DNA from: Candidatus Limnocylindrales bacterium
Lineage (GTDB): Bacteria; Chloroflexota; Limnocylindria; Limnocylindrales; CSP1-4
NCBI GenBank assembly: GCA_038245515.1
Contig: JBBRSJ010000007.1
Span: 18,461-82,460, forward strand
DNA length: 64,000 bases
Reading direction: 5' to 3'
How positions within the stretch are numbered: position 1 is the stretch's first letter; every line of letters starts with the position of its first letter. A program made the translations under genes and the position numbers. Of this stretch, positions 29,235-38,737 are shown one piece after another. The notes below the pieces were generated by a model that ran no database searches, was not told the DNA's origin, and saw only the letters and a program-made list of their open reading frames with translations.

Positions 29235-30359
29235 TCAGGCGTCCCTGGTGGCGGCGACCTGCGGGACGGCCGTGCCGCTCGCGAGCCGAGCCCCGTACTG
29301 GCGCTGGTAGTAAGCGTCCCAGTCGCCCGACTTGGCCGCACGCCACCAGGCCTCGTTGGCCCGGAACCAGTTGACCGTGAGAGCGAGGCCGTCGCCGAAC
29401 GTGGTCCGGTTGTGCCAGCCGAGCGCCCGCAGCTTCGATCCGTCGAGCGCGTACCGTCGGTCGTGGCCCGGCCGGTCCGGGACCGTCCGGACGAGCGTCC
29501 ACGGCTTGCCGAGCCGCTCGAGCAGCGCCGCGATGACGTCGCGGTTGACCATCTCGGCGGAGCCCGGGACGTTGTAGGTCTCGCCGGCCGCGCCGTGGCG
29601 CAAGACATGGTCGATCGCGCCGGCATGATCCGACACGAACAGCCAGTCGCGCTGCTGCAGGCCGTCGCCGTACATCGGCAGCGGCTGGTCGTCGATCGCG
29701 TTCGTCACGAACAAGGGGATCAGCTTCTCCGGGTGGTGGAACGGTCCATACGTGTTCGAGCCGCGCGTGACCACCGCGTCGACGCCGTGGGTCACCACGT
29801 AGCTCTGGACGAGGAGCTCGCCGGCCGCCTTGGCGGCCGAGTACGGGGACCGAGGGTCGAGCCGGTCGGTCTCGACGGAGCGGCCCTCGGCGACCGAGCC
29901 GTAGACCTCGTCGGTCGAGACCTGGAGGTAGCGAACGGGTGGGAGACCACCCGCCTCGCGCTCTGCCGACGCGGTGCGGACGGCCTCGAGCAGAACGTGG
30001 ACGCCGATCACGCCGGTCCGGAGGAACGCCGCCGGATCGAGGATGCTCCGGTCGACGTGCGACTCGGCGGCGAAGTTGACGACGGCATCCGCGTCGCCGA
30101 CGAGATGGTCGACGACCTCAGGATCGGCGATGTCGCCCTGGACGAAGCGGAAGCGGTCGGCCTGCTCGAGATCGGCCTCGACCGCCGCAAGGTTGGCGCG
30201 GTTTCCTGCGTAGGTCAGCTTGTCGAGGACCGTGATCCGGGCACCGTCGCGCCGGCCGAGGACGTCGCGGACGTAGGCGCTGCCGATGAATCCTGCGCCG
30301 CCGGTGACGAGGATCCGTGCATCGGCCGCAATCCGGGGCGAGCTCGACTCCGGGCCCAT
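29235..30359 (-). CDS. rmlB: dTDP-glucose 4,6-dehydratase
   Basis: VTGGAGFIGS, DKLTYAGN, FAAESHVDRSI, STDEVYG, DRPGHDRRYA. Confidence 0.96.
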   Translation of the reverse strand: MGPESSSPRIAADARILVTGGAGFIGSAYVRDVLGRRDGARITVLDKLTYAGNRANLAAVEADLEQADRFRFVQGDIADPEVVDHLVGDADAVVNFAAESHVDRSILDPAAFLRTGVIGVHVLLEAVRTASAEREAGGLPPVRYLQVSTDEVYGSVAEGRSVETDRLDPRSPYSAAKAAGELLVQSYVVTHGVDAVVTRGSNTYGPFHHPEKLIPLFVTNAIDDQPLPMYGDGLQQRDWLFVSDHAGAIDHVLRHGAAGETYNVPGSAEMVNRDVIAALLERLGKPWTLVRTVPDRPGHDRRYALDGSKLRALGWHNRTTFGDGLALTVNWFRANEAWWRAAKSGDWDAYYQRQYGARLASGTAVPQVAATRDA

Positions 30360-30362
30360 GCC

Positions 30363-31124
30363 CTAGCCGACCGGCCGTTCGACCGGCGGAGCGAGCCGGC
30401 CCGCATCGTCGTCCTCGCGGGCGAGCTCGGCCGCCCGGAGCAGCGACGGCACCGTCCCGGCGTCGGCCCAGTGGCCCTCGTAGACCCTGCTGTAGAGCCG
30501 GCCGTCGGGGATGTAGGCATTGAGGACGTCGGTGATCTCGAACTCGCCGCGGCCCGACGGAGCGAGGTGGTCGATGACCCGGAACGCGTCGGCGCGCAGG
30601 AAGTAGACGCCGATCGGGATCAGGTCGCTCTTCGGCTGCTCGGGCTTCTCCTCGAAACCGACGATCCGGCCGGCCGCGTCGAGCTCGGCGACACCGAACC
30701 GCTGCGGGTCGGGGACCCGGTAGAGGAGCGACCCGGCACCCCAGGTCCCGGCCTCGAACTCGGCCGCCGTGTCGGCGAGGGCCGGGCCGCGCAGGATGTT
30801 GTCGCCGAGGATGCAGCAGAACGCCTCATCCCCGACGAAGTCACGGGCGAGCCCGATGGCGTGGGCGATGCCGAGGGCGCCGCGCTGGTAGCGGTACGTC
30901 AGGTCGAGCCCGAAATGGGAGCCGTCGGCGAGCAGCTCGACGACGTCGCCGACGCTCTTGCCACCCACGATCACCATGACCTCTCGGATGCCCATCCCGG
31001 CCAGCGTCTCGATCGGGTAATAGATCATTGGGCGGTCGTAGATCGGCAGCAGGTGCTTGTTCGTGACGATCGTGAGCGGGAACAGGCGGGTTGCAGTCCC
31101 GCCGGCAAGGACGATTCCTTTCAC
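30363..31124 (-). CDS. rmlA: Glucose-1-phosphate thymidylyltransferase (SpsI-like short form)
   Basis: KGIVLAGGTATRLFPLT, NKHLLPIYDRPMI, LGDN, EEKP, RGEFEITD. Confidence 0.92.
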   Translation of the reverse strand: MKGIVLAGGTATRLFPLTIVTNKHLLPIYDRPMIYYPIETLAGMGIREVMVIVGGKSVGDVVELLADGSHFGLDLTYRYQRGALGIAHAIGLARDFVGDEAFCCILGDNILRGPALADTAAEFEAGTWGAGSLLYRVPDPQRFGVAELDAAGRIVGFEEKPEQPKSDLIPIGVYFLRADAFRVIDHLAPSGRGEFEITDVLNAYIPDGRLYSRVYEGHWADAGTVPSLLRAAELAREDDDAGRLAPPVERPVG

Positions 31125-31128
31125 GCCG

Positions 31129-32100
31129 TCACGGTACCAGAGGGCTCGCGGCCGGGGCGCTGCTCGGCTGGATGCACGGCTGCTCGCCCGGGGGCAATGC
31201 CTTGCCCGCACCCGTCTGGCTGCAGTCGATCGGGGTGTCGTCCGGGCCCGGCAGGCCGCCGATATAGTCGAGGATGACGAGGACGTAGGACAGGTTGTCG
31301 AGGTCCGCGGTCGGCAGCAGGTAGAGAGTCTGGACGACAGCGTTGGCGTCGCGCTTGACGTCGGTGATCTCGCCGATCAGGAGGCCCTTCGGGTAGGGCG
31401 AGCGGACGCCGCCGGCCAGCTCGATGCCGGCGGTCAGGACCTGCTCGCCGGGATTGACCTTCACGGTCGAATCGACGTTCTGCATGATCAGGGCGCCGCC
31501 GAGCTGGCCCACCACGTCGCCCTTGGCGCCGCTCGTCTCGGTCTGGCCGATGACCGTCGAGCTGCGGTCGCTGATCTCGGTGACGATTGCGAAGTCCGGC
31601 CCGACCGACGTGACCCGGCCGACCAGCGCGCCGCCCTCGGCGACGACGACATCGCCCTTGACGATCGTGGCGTCGGTCCCCTTCGAGATCGTGATGGTCC
31701 GGCGCGCCTCGCTCGATTCGCGGGCGATGACCTCGGCAGCGGCGGTCGAATACTTGAGCGAGCTGCGGGTCTGGAGGAGGGCCGTCATCCGCTCGTTGTC
31801 CTGCTCGATCGCCTTCGCCCGGAGGTTCTCCGCCGTGAGCCGGTCGTTCTCGCGCCGGAGCGCGGCATTGTCGGAGTGGAGCCGGTCGATCTCGCCGATC
31901 GCGCTCACCGCGCCGGCGACCGAATCGGCGACGCCGTGGAGGGCGCCCTGGATCGGCCGCAGGGCGTAAGCCATCGCGTTCTGGAACTCGGTCACACCGG
32001 GGCTCGACGAGATCGCCATGAGGACGAGGGTGATCGAGAGGAGGACGGTGAAGGCCACCGCCCGGCGCCGGCTGGCGCGGGTGGCGAACATCGTGGTCAT
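31129..32100 (-). CDS. mreC: Rod shape-determining protein MreC
   Basis: N-terminal TM, coiled coil, GALVGRV, YPKGLLIG; directly downstream of mreB. Confidence 0.9.
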   Translation of the reverse strand: MTTMFATRASRRRAVAFTVLLSITLVLMAISSSPGVTEFQNAMAYALRPIQGALHGVADSVAGAVSAIGEIDRLHSDNAALRRENDRLTAENLRAKAIEQDNERMTALLQTRSSLKYSTAAAEVIARESSEARRTITISKGTDATIVKGDVVVAEGGALVGRVTSVGPDFAIVTEISDRSSTVIGQTETSGAKGDVVGQLGGALIMQNVDSTVKVNPGEQVLTAGIELAGGVRSPYPKGLLIGEITDVKRDANAVVQTLYLLPTADLDNLSYVLVILDYIGGLPGPDDTPIDCSQTGAGKALPPGEQPCIQPSSAPAASPLVP

Positions 32101-32132
32101 CGGCTGAGTCTCCGCGGGGCGACGGGCACGAG

Positions 32133-33185
32133 CTAGCGCGGGGCGCGGGCGTAGGTGTCGGAGACGAGGACGCGATCCATCTTCTCGAGCTCCTGGAGCA
32201 CGACGCCGGTGCCGCGCGCGACGCAGGTCAGCGGATCGTCGGCCACATGGACCGGCATCTGGGTGGCGTCGGCCACGCGCCGGTCGAGGCCCGACAGGAG
32301 GGCGCCGCCGCCGGCCAGGACGATCCCCTGGTCCATGATGTCGGCGACGAGCTCGGGTGGGGTTTCCTCGATCGTGTCCTTGATCGTGTCGACGATCTGG
32401 GCGACCGACGGCTCGATGGCCTCGCGGATCTGGTCGGCGCCAACCTCGACGCTGCGCGGCAGCCCGGTCAGGAGGTCGCGGCCGCGGAGCGAGACGCGCT
32501 GGCTGTCCCAGTCGCCAGGATAGGCCGACGCGATCGCGATCTTGATGTCCTCGGCGGTCCGCTCGCCGAGGAACAGGTTGTACTCGCGGCGGGCGAACGC
32601 GACGATGTCCTGGTCCATCTCGTCGCCGCCGATCCGGATGCTCCGGGACACGACGATCCCACCGAGGCTGATGACCGCGACCTCGGTCGTGCCGCCGCCG
32701 ATGTCGACGATGAGGCTGCCCGACGGCTCGCTCACCGGCAGGCCGGCGCCGATCGCGGCGGCCATCGGCTCTTCGATCAGGCGGGCCCAGCGAGCGCCAG
32801 CGTTGAGGGCGGCGTCGCGGACGGCCCGTTTCTCGACCTCGGTCACGCCGGACGGGATGCCGAGCAGCATCCGCGGCCGCGGGATCAGGCCGACCCGGTC
32901 GTGGACCTTGTGGACGAAGTACTTGATCATCTGCTCGGTCACGTCGAAGTCGCTGATGACCCCGTCGCGGAGCGGGCGGATCGCGATGATGCTCGCGGGG
33001 GTCCGGCCGACCATCCGCTTCGCCTCTGCGCCGATCGCGAGGACCCGCTTGGTCTTGGCGTCGATCGCGACCACGGACGGCTCGCTCATGACGATCCCCC
33101 GATCGCGGACGTGGACCAGGGTGTTCGCGGTGCCGAGGTCGATCCCGATGTCGCGGGAGAAGAGGCCGAGGAAGCGGTCGAGCAT
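32133..33185 (-). CDS. mreB: Rod shape-determining protein MreB
   Basis: IGIDLGTANT, RPLRDGVI, IEEPMAAAIGAG, VDIGGGTTEVA, ETPPEL; amphipathic N-terminus MLDRFLGLFS. Confidence 0.98.
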   Translation of the reverse strand: MLDRFLGLFSRDIGIDLGTANTLVHVRDRGIVMSEPSVVAIDAKTKRVLAIGAEAKRMVGRTPASIIAIRPLRDGVISDFDVTEQMIKYFVHKVHDRVGLIPRPRMLLGIPSGVTEVEKRAVRDAALNAGARWARLIEEPMAAAIGAGLPVSEPSGSLIVDIGGGTTEVAVISLGGIVVSRSIRIGGDEMDQDIVAFARREYNLFLGERTAEDIKIAIASAYPGDWDSQRVSLRGRDLLTGLPRSVEVGADQIREAIEPSVAQIVDTIKDTIEETPPELVADIMDQGIVLAGGGALLSGLDRRVADATQMPVHVADDPLTCVARGTGVVLQELEKMDRVLVSDTYARAPR

Positions 33186-33297
33186 GACGGCGGGCAGGTC
33201 CTTCGCGCTGGTGGACGGGCGAGGTTCGGGTCGCCGCGGCTCCGCGGCAAAGCCGGGCGGATCGCGCGCTCGAGTGCCGGGCGGGAGAGCCCGTGCA

Positions 33298-33303
33298 GTA
33301 TAC
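33298..33303 (-). promoter_or_regulatory. Putative -10 box TATACT for mreBC
   Basis: Exact TATACT ~110 nt upstream of the mreB ATG. Confidence 0.5.
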
Positions 33304-33439
33304 CCGGGTCACCCGGACGCGCCGGGAGGGGGCTCGATGGCCAATTCCCCGCTCCCGCGGCGGGCCAGCCGTCCCGCGGCGGCCCGGGGCCTCCCGGGCG
33401 GTCGCGGCGGCGTAGGCTGACGGGCAAGGAGGTCCAACC

Positions 33440-33646
33440 ATGCTCGACAGGATCAAGAGGGCGATCCAGGGCGGACCCGGATCGGACGCGGATCCCGCCT
33501 CGCGCCACGACCGACGCGAAGCCGGCCGGGAGCGACACCGCGAGACCGGCGAGCCCGCCTGGGAGGAGAGCGATCGGATCGAGGATCCGAAGGGCGCGGG
33601 CAAGAAGAACCCGGATGCTGCCCCGGAGATCCTCGGCGGAGATTGA
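33440..33646 (+). CDS. Small hydrophilic hypothetical protein (68 aa)
   Basis: TAGGCT -10-like box, strong AAGGAGG RBS, fills the gap between mreB and radC. Confidence 0.65.
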   Translation: MLDRIKRAIQGGPGSDADPASRHDRREAGRERHRETGEPAWEESDRIEDPKGAGKKNPDAAPEILGGD

Positions 33647-33683
33647 TCGACCGATCGTCACGGACGCTCGGCCGTTCGTTCGC

Positions 33684-34394
33684 TCAGCCGGCGCGGCGCT
33701 CCGGCCGGTCGAAGCTCACGCCGCGGTCGCGGAGGGAGACGTATGCGTCGTGACCGACGACGAGGTGGTCGAGCAGGTCGATGTCGAGGAGCCGGCCGGC
33801 GGCGAGCGCCTCCGCAGTGAGGTGGAGGTCGTCGGGCGACGGGGTGGGGTCGCCGCTCGGGTGGTTATGCACCAGGATCAGACCGGTCGCGTTGAGCCGG
33901 ACCGCGTCCCGGAACAGCTCGCCGACCCGGACCAGCGACGACGACACGTTGCCCTGATACACGATCGCGACCCGCAGGACCACGTTCTTCGTGTTGAGCA
34001 GGACGACCCGCAGCTCCTCGCGCTCGAGCCGGCCCATCTGGAGCATCAGCCGGTCCGCGACGTCGCGCGGCGATCGGATCGTCCAGCGCCCGGCCGGCCA
34101 GTCGGCAAGGAGCCGCCGCCCGAGTTCGAAGGCCGCCGTCAGCTGAGCGGCCTTGGCCGCGCCGACGCCCGGCAGCGCCTCGAGCTCGAGCTCGCCGGCC
34201 CGAGCCAGGCCCGTCAGGCCGTCGTGCCGGGCGAGGGCATCCTCCGCGAGGTCGACCGCCGACCGGCCGCGCGACCTGGATCCCCACAGGAGCGCGATCA
34301 GCTCGGCGGCTGACAGCCCTGCCGCGCCGCGCGTCGCCAGGCGCTCACGCGGCCGCTCCGCTGCGGGAAGCTCCCGGATCGCGCGTCCGCTCAT
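33684..34394 (-). CDS. radC: RadC/JAB-domain protein
   Basis: ERPRERL, HhH GVGAAKA, HNHPSGDPTPSPDD, LLDHLVVG. Confidence 0.95.
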   Translation of the reverse strand: MSGRAIRELPAAERPRERLATRGAAGLSAAELIALLWGSRSRGRSAVDLAEDALARHDGLTGLARAGELELEALPGVGAAKAAQLTAAFELGRRLLADWPAGRWTIRSPRDVADRLMLQMGRLEREELRVVLLNTKNVVLRVAIVYQGNVSSSLVRVGELFRDAVRLNATGLILVHNHPSGDPTPSPDDLHLTAEALAAGRLLDIDLLDHLVVGHDAYVSLRDRGVSFDRPERRAG

Positions 34395-34577
34395 CGTCTG
34401 CCTCGTCGTTTCCAGTCGTAGATCAGGAGTCCCCGGACCCGAACGACGAAAGCCCGCCGATTCCTTCCGCCATCCGGATCCGGGAACACGACGCACCCTA
34501 TCGGGCGACGCTCACCCCGCGATCTATCCGACCTTCACTGCGGCTCCACGGCACTGAGGTGGGCCGCCGCCCTGCGA

Positions 34578-35594
34578 TCAGCCAGCGGCGCCCACCGCAT
34601 GCGCGACCTCGGCCAGGATGAGGAGCGTTCCGTTGAACGCCGCATGGAGCCCGACCGAGGCCCACAGGGAGCGCCGCGTCGCGAAGAGCCAGCCAAGTGC
34701 CAGGGCGACCGGGACGCGTGTCGCGAACGCCACGAAGGCAAGGGCCAGTGCCGTGGACGGATCGCTGCCGCCGACCTGGAGGACGTGGACGATCGCGAAG
34801 AACAGCCCGCCCTGGAGGATCGCCCTGGAAGGACCGTAGATCCGCAGCCAGGCGGTCGTCGCGACGCCCCGGAACAGCAGCTCCTCGCCGAGCGGAACGA
34901 GGACCGCCCCGCCGAGCAGGTTGAGGATCAGGCCACTTGCCGTGCCGGTCGGCGGCAGCGGCGACTCGGGGACCGCGGTCACAAACTGCGAGACGACCGC
35001 CGCGACGATCAGCGTCAGGCCGATGACTGGCAACGCGAACATCGCGCCCCACGCCAGGTCCGCGACGATCCGCCGAGGCTCGGTCCGGACGCCCATGTCG
35101 GCCCACGACAAGGCGTTGGTCCCGACGACGAGCATCCGGATCAGCCCGACGTAGGTGAGCTGGATGATCGCGAGGAGCACGAAGGTCGTCAGCGGGCTCT
35201 CCGGGTCGCCGCCGAGCAGCCGGATCGCCAGTCCGGCGAGGGCACCGAGCACCGACGAGACCGCGACCGCCGTGGCGAGCAACAGGAACGGCGACGGTCC
35301 CGTGTACGTCGTCACGCCGTGCGCACGCCGCTCGATCGCCTGCGATCCGGCGGCCGCCACAAGCCCGATCGAGAGCACGGTGAGCCCGAGCAGGATGAGG
35401 AGGCTCGCCGCCGGGGAACGCGCGGCCTGGAACGCGATGACGAGGATCCCGCCGCCGAGGATCGTGGCGAGCCAGCCGACGACGAACAGGCCGGGGGCGG
35501 CACGGCCCTCGATCGTGAAGGTCGTCAGACCGGGTCGAATCGGGCCGGCCGCATCGGACACGAGAGGCGCGTCAGGATCGTCTTCGGACGTCAC
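34578..35594 (-). CDS. CPBP family (CAAX/Abi) intramembrane metalloprotease
   Basis: EELLFRG, FAIVH, HAAFN motifs; multiple TM helices. Confidence 0.9.
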   Translation of the reverse strand: MTSEDDPDAPLVSDAAGPIRPGLTTFTIEGRAAPGLFVVGWLATILGGGILVIAFQAARSPAASLLILLGLTVLSIGLVAAAGSQAIERRAHGVTTYTGPSPFLLLATAVAVSSVLGALAGLAIRLLGGDPESPLTTFVLLAIIQLTYVGLIRMLVVGTNALSWADMGVRTEPRRIVADLAWGAMFALPVIGLTLIVAAVVSQFVTAVPESPLPPTGTASGLILNLLGGAVLVPLGEELLFRGVATTAWLRIYGPSRAILQGGLFFAIVHVLQVGGSDPSTALALAFVAFATRVPVALALGWLFATRRSLWASVGLHAAFNGTLLILAEVAHAVGAAG

Positions 35595-35667
35595 GGCTGC
35601 TCGTTCTGTGCTTCCTGCGGCCGTCTCGCGATGGCCCCGACGAGATTCTCGCCATCAGCCTGCGGCG

Positions 35668-36348
35668 TCAGCCTTCGGGCAGGACGTCCGGTGCGGTCCG
35701 CGGCGACGACGACCGTGGCGAGCTGCTTCGTGCTTGTGGCATCGACTGCGAGATCGCGGGTCGTTCCTGGTCGATGTCGGCCGGGGGACGCCCGATCCGC
35801 CCCGTCTCGTCCCCGGACGGAAGCGTCGAGATCGGAGCCGGTCGGCCGGCTGACGCGCTCAAGGCCGCGGCCGGCCGCTCGAAGTCCTTGCCGCACCACG
35901 CGCAGAGCGACCAGTCGAGGCCCACCAGCCGGCTGCAGTTCGGGCAGACCCGGTTGAGGCGCGTTCGGCAGGTCGGACAGATGATCCACTCATCCATGAC
36001 GCGGCGGGCGCAGGTCGGACAGCTCTTGATCGATTCGACCTCGGCGAGGAGGGCCTCCTCGGCCAGGTTCCGCTCGTACACCTCGCCGATCTTCTCGTGT
36101 GGCCGGATGATCTTGTAGACGAAGATCGCGAACGGGAACACCGGCAGGAACACGATGACGAGGCTCGCCGCGAGGTACGGCAGGATCGCGTTCTCGGTCC
36201 GCTGCTGCATGTCGCGGAAGACCCAGTAGGCGCTGGCCAGCCACAGCACGACGAGGTAGACGAGGATCGAATAGATGACGAACTGGACGACAGGGCTTCC
36301 GAAGAAGCCCGCCAGCGCCTTGCCGATCTCGCCGAGGATCTGGTCCAT
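35668..36348 (-). CDS. Membrane protein with double zinc ribbon
   Basis: Two TM helices then CPTC, CPTC, CPNC, CAWC; GGAGG RBS. Confidence 0.85.
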   Translation of the reverse strand: MDQILGEIGKALAGFFGSPVVQFVIYSILVYLVVLWLASAYWVFRDMQQRTENAILPYLAASLVIVFLPVFPFAIFVYKIIRPHEKIGEVYERNLAEEALLAEVESIKSCPTCARRVMDEWIICPTCRTRLNRVCPNCSRLVGLDWSLCAWCGKDFERPAAALSASAGRPAPISTLPSGDETGRIGRPPADIDQERPAISQSMPQARSSSPRSSSPRTAPDVLPEG

Positions 36349-36471
36349 GCGGCTGGGTGCTTGCCTCCGATGGGATCGCGACTGAGCGTGCGACGGCGGG
36401 CTGGGCCTCGCCCGGCGTCCGGGCCCGGCGTCGGCCGCAGTGTAGCAGGGGTCCGATCGGGGCCCGGTGCG

Positions 36472-37578
36472 CTAAGCGGAGACGATTGGCTCCGCCGAAT
36501 TTGAGCGCTCGCGCCGCTCGAGGGCGCCGCCGACGATCAGCACGATCGCGCCAACGAGGACGAGCCAGATCCCGATCGCGCGGCCCCCCGCCGCGGCGAT
36601 ATACGGCCACGCCAGTCCGAGCAGGAAGGCGCCCGCGACGATCGCCGGCAGCCCGATGGGCAACGCGGCCGGTCGACCGGACGACCAAGCGATCGCGGCG
36701 AGGATGCCCAGCCCGAGAGCGACGAGCCAGAGGCCCCCTCCGGCGAGGCCCCAACGGTCGAGGTAGCCGTCCAGAAACGACCCGCCGGGCAGGCTGTTGA
36801 CCCACGGCAGGAGGAAAGCGAGCATGCCGAGGGCGGCTCCGACCCCGATCGTGCGGCGCACCGAATCGGCGCCCAGCTCCAGGGGTCCGACGAGGGCGCC
36901 GAGGTCCGGAAGCCGGCGCGCGGACGGCAGTGCCGCGGCCGAGGCCGACGCGCGCGCCGCGCCGTCCGCGTCGAGAGTCGGAAGGGATGCCGACGGCGAA
37001 AGGTAGCTGCCGGCCGGTGTCCGCGGCTCGGGCACGGAAAGCACGGCGCCACCGTCAGCCGGCGACCAGGTTGCGTCCGCCGGGGCGGATGCCGAGCCGG
37101 GACCAGCGTCCGAATCCAGGGACCGGGAAGCCGGGGGCTCCGCGGGGACGTCGTCGATCGGGTGAAGCACCGATGGCGGCTCCGGCGGGGCGGTCACCTC
37201 GTCCGGAACGATCGCCGCTGCTTCCGCCGACGCAAGCGGGGCGTCGTCGTCGATCTGGCCGGTCGGCTCGAAGGCGGCAGGATCTGCGGCGGCGGCGGGA
37301 TCGGCGGCCGCGCCGGTGGCAGCGTGCGAGGCCGCCGGTGGGTCGTCGTGGAGTGACGCGGACGACAACGCGTCGGCTTCCGTGGCAACCATCGAGGCCC
37401 GAAGCGTCACGTCGCCGGGACCGGCTGCGGCCGGGACGGGAGTCGCCTCGCCGCCGGCCACCGTCGCCCACGGCCGCGGCCCAACCGCGGCAAGCAGGGC
37501 ACCGCATTCGGCACAGGCGTATCGGCCGGGAGCCGCGGCCGAACCGCATTCCGGGCAGACGACCGTCTTCGTCGCCAT
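36472..37578 (-). CDS. Hypothetical protein: N-terminal zinc ribbon, disordered linker, C-terminal 4-TM domain
   Basis: CPECG...CAECG; Ala/Pro-rich linker; hydrophobic C-terminus; GAGGTGG RBS. Confidence 0.75.
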   Translation of the reverse strand: MATKTVVCPECGSAAAPGRYACAECGALLAAVGPRPWATVAGGEATPVPAAAGPGDVTLRASMVATEADALSSASLHDDPPAASHAATGAAADPAAAADPAAFEPTGQIDDDAPLASAEAAAIVPDEVTAPPEPPSVLHPIDDVPAEPPASRSLDSDAGPGSASAPADATWSPADGGAVLSVPEPRTPAGSYLSPSASLPTLDADGAARASASAAALPSARRLPDLGALVGPLELGADSVRRTIGVGAALGMLAFLLPWVNSLPGGSFLDGYLDRWGLAGGGLWLVALGLGILAAIAWSSGRPAALPIGLPAIVAGAFLLGLAWPYIAAAGGRAIGIWLVLVGAIVLIVGGALERRERSNSAEPIVSA

Positions 37579-37623
37579 GACCACCTCGCTGTGTCGAACC
37601 GGTTCCGGACCGGCGTCCGGGCT

Positions 37624-38706
37624 CTACAGGCTGCCACCCCGGTCGTCGGCCGACCAGTCCCCCGGACGGCGGACCGGGGTTACCCCGATTGTCCCGCCCC
37701 CGGGTGACCCGCGATCGGTCGGACCGCCGTCGCCCGGGTAGGGGCCTGCGGTGCCGCGGAGACGGACCGCGAGGCGGGCCAGCTCGACCTCGAACGTCAT
37801 TGCGACGCTCCGCCACGCCGCGATCAGCCCGGTCACGAGGAGGGCCAGGCACCATGCGGCTCCGAAGGTCGCGAGCGCGAGAACCGTGGCGACAGGCGAG
37901 TCGAGCGGGTCAACGAGCCGCGAGCGGAGCTCGGTCCAGACGATCGCGACCGCCGCCAGCGCCGCGGCCAGGTCGAGCACCAGGAGCGCCGTCGTTGCGA
38001 GAGGCGCGAGAAGCGCTGCGGCCGGCCGCCGGAAGAGATCTGCCGTCGCGCTCGCGAGTGCCGCGCCGACCGAATCGCCGCCGACGATCCGCCGGACGGC
38101 CCGCCCGCCGACGATCTCGCCGACGACCCACGTCGCGACGATGACCGCCACCGGGACGGTCGCCCGGCTGACGATGCGCAGGACCAGCGACCCGTCGTCC
38201 GACGGGTTCGTCAGCTCGAGGTAGGCGACGCCGACGATCCGGATCGATCCGAGCCCGAGGACGACCGCGAACGGCACGAGCGCCAGGAGGTGGGCGAGCG
38301 CCGCCCGGCCGGTGACGAAGCGGGACATGCGCGACGGGTCGGCGATCGGCATGCCTTCGTCGGCGCCGGCCCGGAGCGATACGCGGATCAACGCGACCTC
38401 CGTGGCGGCCGCGAACCAACCGCCGACGACCAGCCACCCGACCACGAGCGCGACCGCGCCGACGATCGCGGTCACCGTCGTTGCCTCGAGGCGGCCCAGG
38501 TACAGCGGCGTGACGATCGGGCCGAGAGCAGTAGAGATCGCGAGGGGCGAGGGCAGCATCACGATCGCGACGAGGAAGGCGACGATCCCGCCGCGAACGA
38601 GGAACCCGGCGAGGGCCAGGATCCACCACGAAGGACGACCGAGGGCCGCCAGGAGCGCGGCAACTGACACGCCCCGCGTCGTGACGGCGTGCCGGTCGGC
38701 GGTCAT
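37624..38706 (-). CDS. Hypothetical integral membrane protein
   Basis: Multiple hydrophobic helices; co-oriented with neighbours. Confidence 0.7.
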   Translation of the reverse strand: MTADRHAVTTRGVSVAALLAALGRPSWWILALAGFLVRGGIVAFLVAIVMLPSPLAISTALGPIVTPLYLGRLEATTVTAIVGAVALVVGWLVVGGWFAAATEVALIRVSLRAGADEGMPIADPSRMSRFVTGRAALAHLLALVPFAVVLGLGSIRIVGVAYLELTNPSDDGSLVLRIVSRATVPVAVIVATWVVGEIVGGRAVRRIVGGDSVGAALASATADLFRRPAAALLAPLATTALLVLDLAAALAAVAIVWTELRSRLVDPLDSPVATVLALATFGAAWCLALLVTGLIAAWRSVAMTFEVELARLAVRLRGTAGPYPGDGGPTDRGSPGGGTIGVTPVRRPGDWSADDRGGSL

Positions 38707-38737
38707 CCGTCGGCCCTGGGTCAGGCGCTGTCGGCCG

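Noticed and set aside
33177-33448. mreB and the divergent 68-aa gene both begin ATGCTCGAC (MLDR), forming a short inverted repeat
   Set aside because: Only ~10 bp; most likely coincidence
33684-34394. radC as a mobile-element marker
   Set aside because: Full-length HhH+JAB form in its usual chromosomal position near mreB; no integrase or transposase seen
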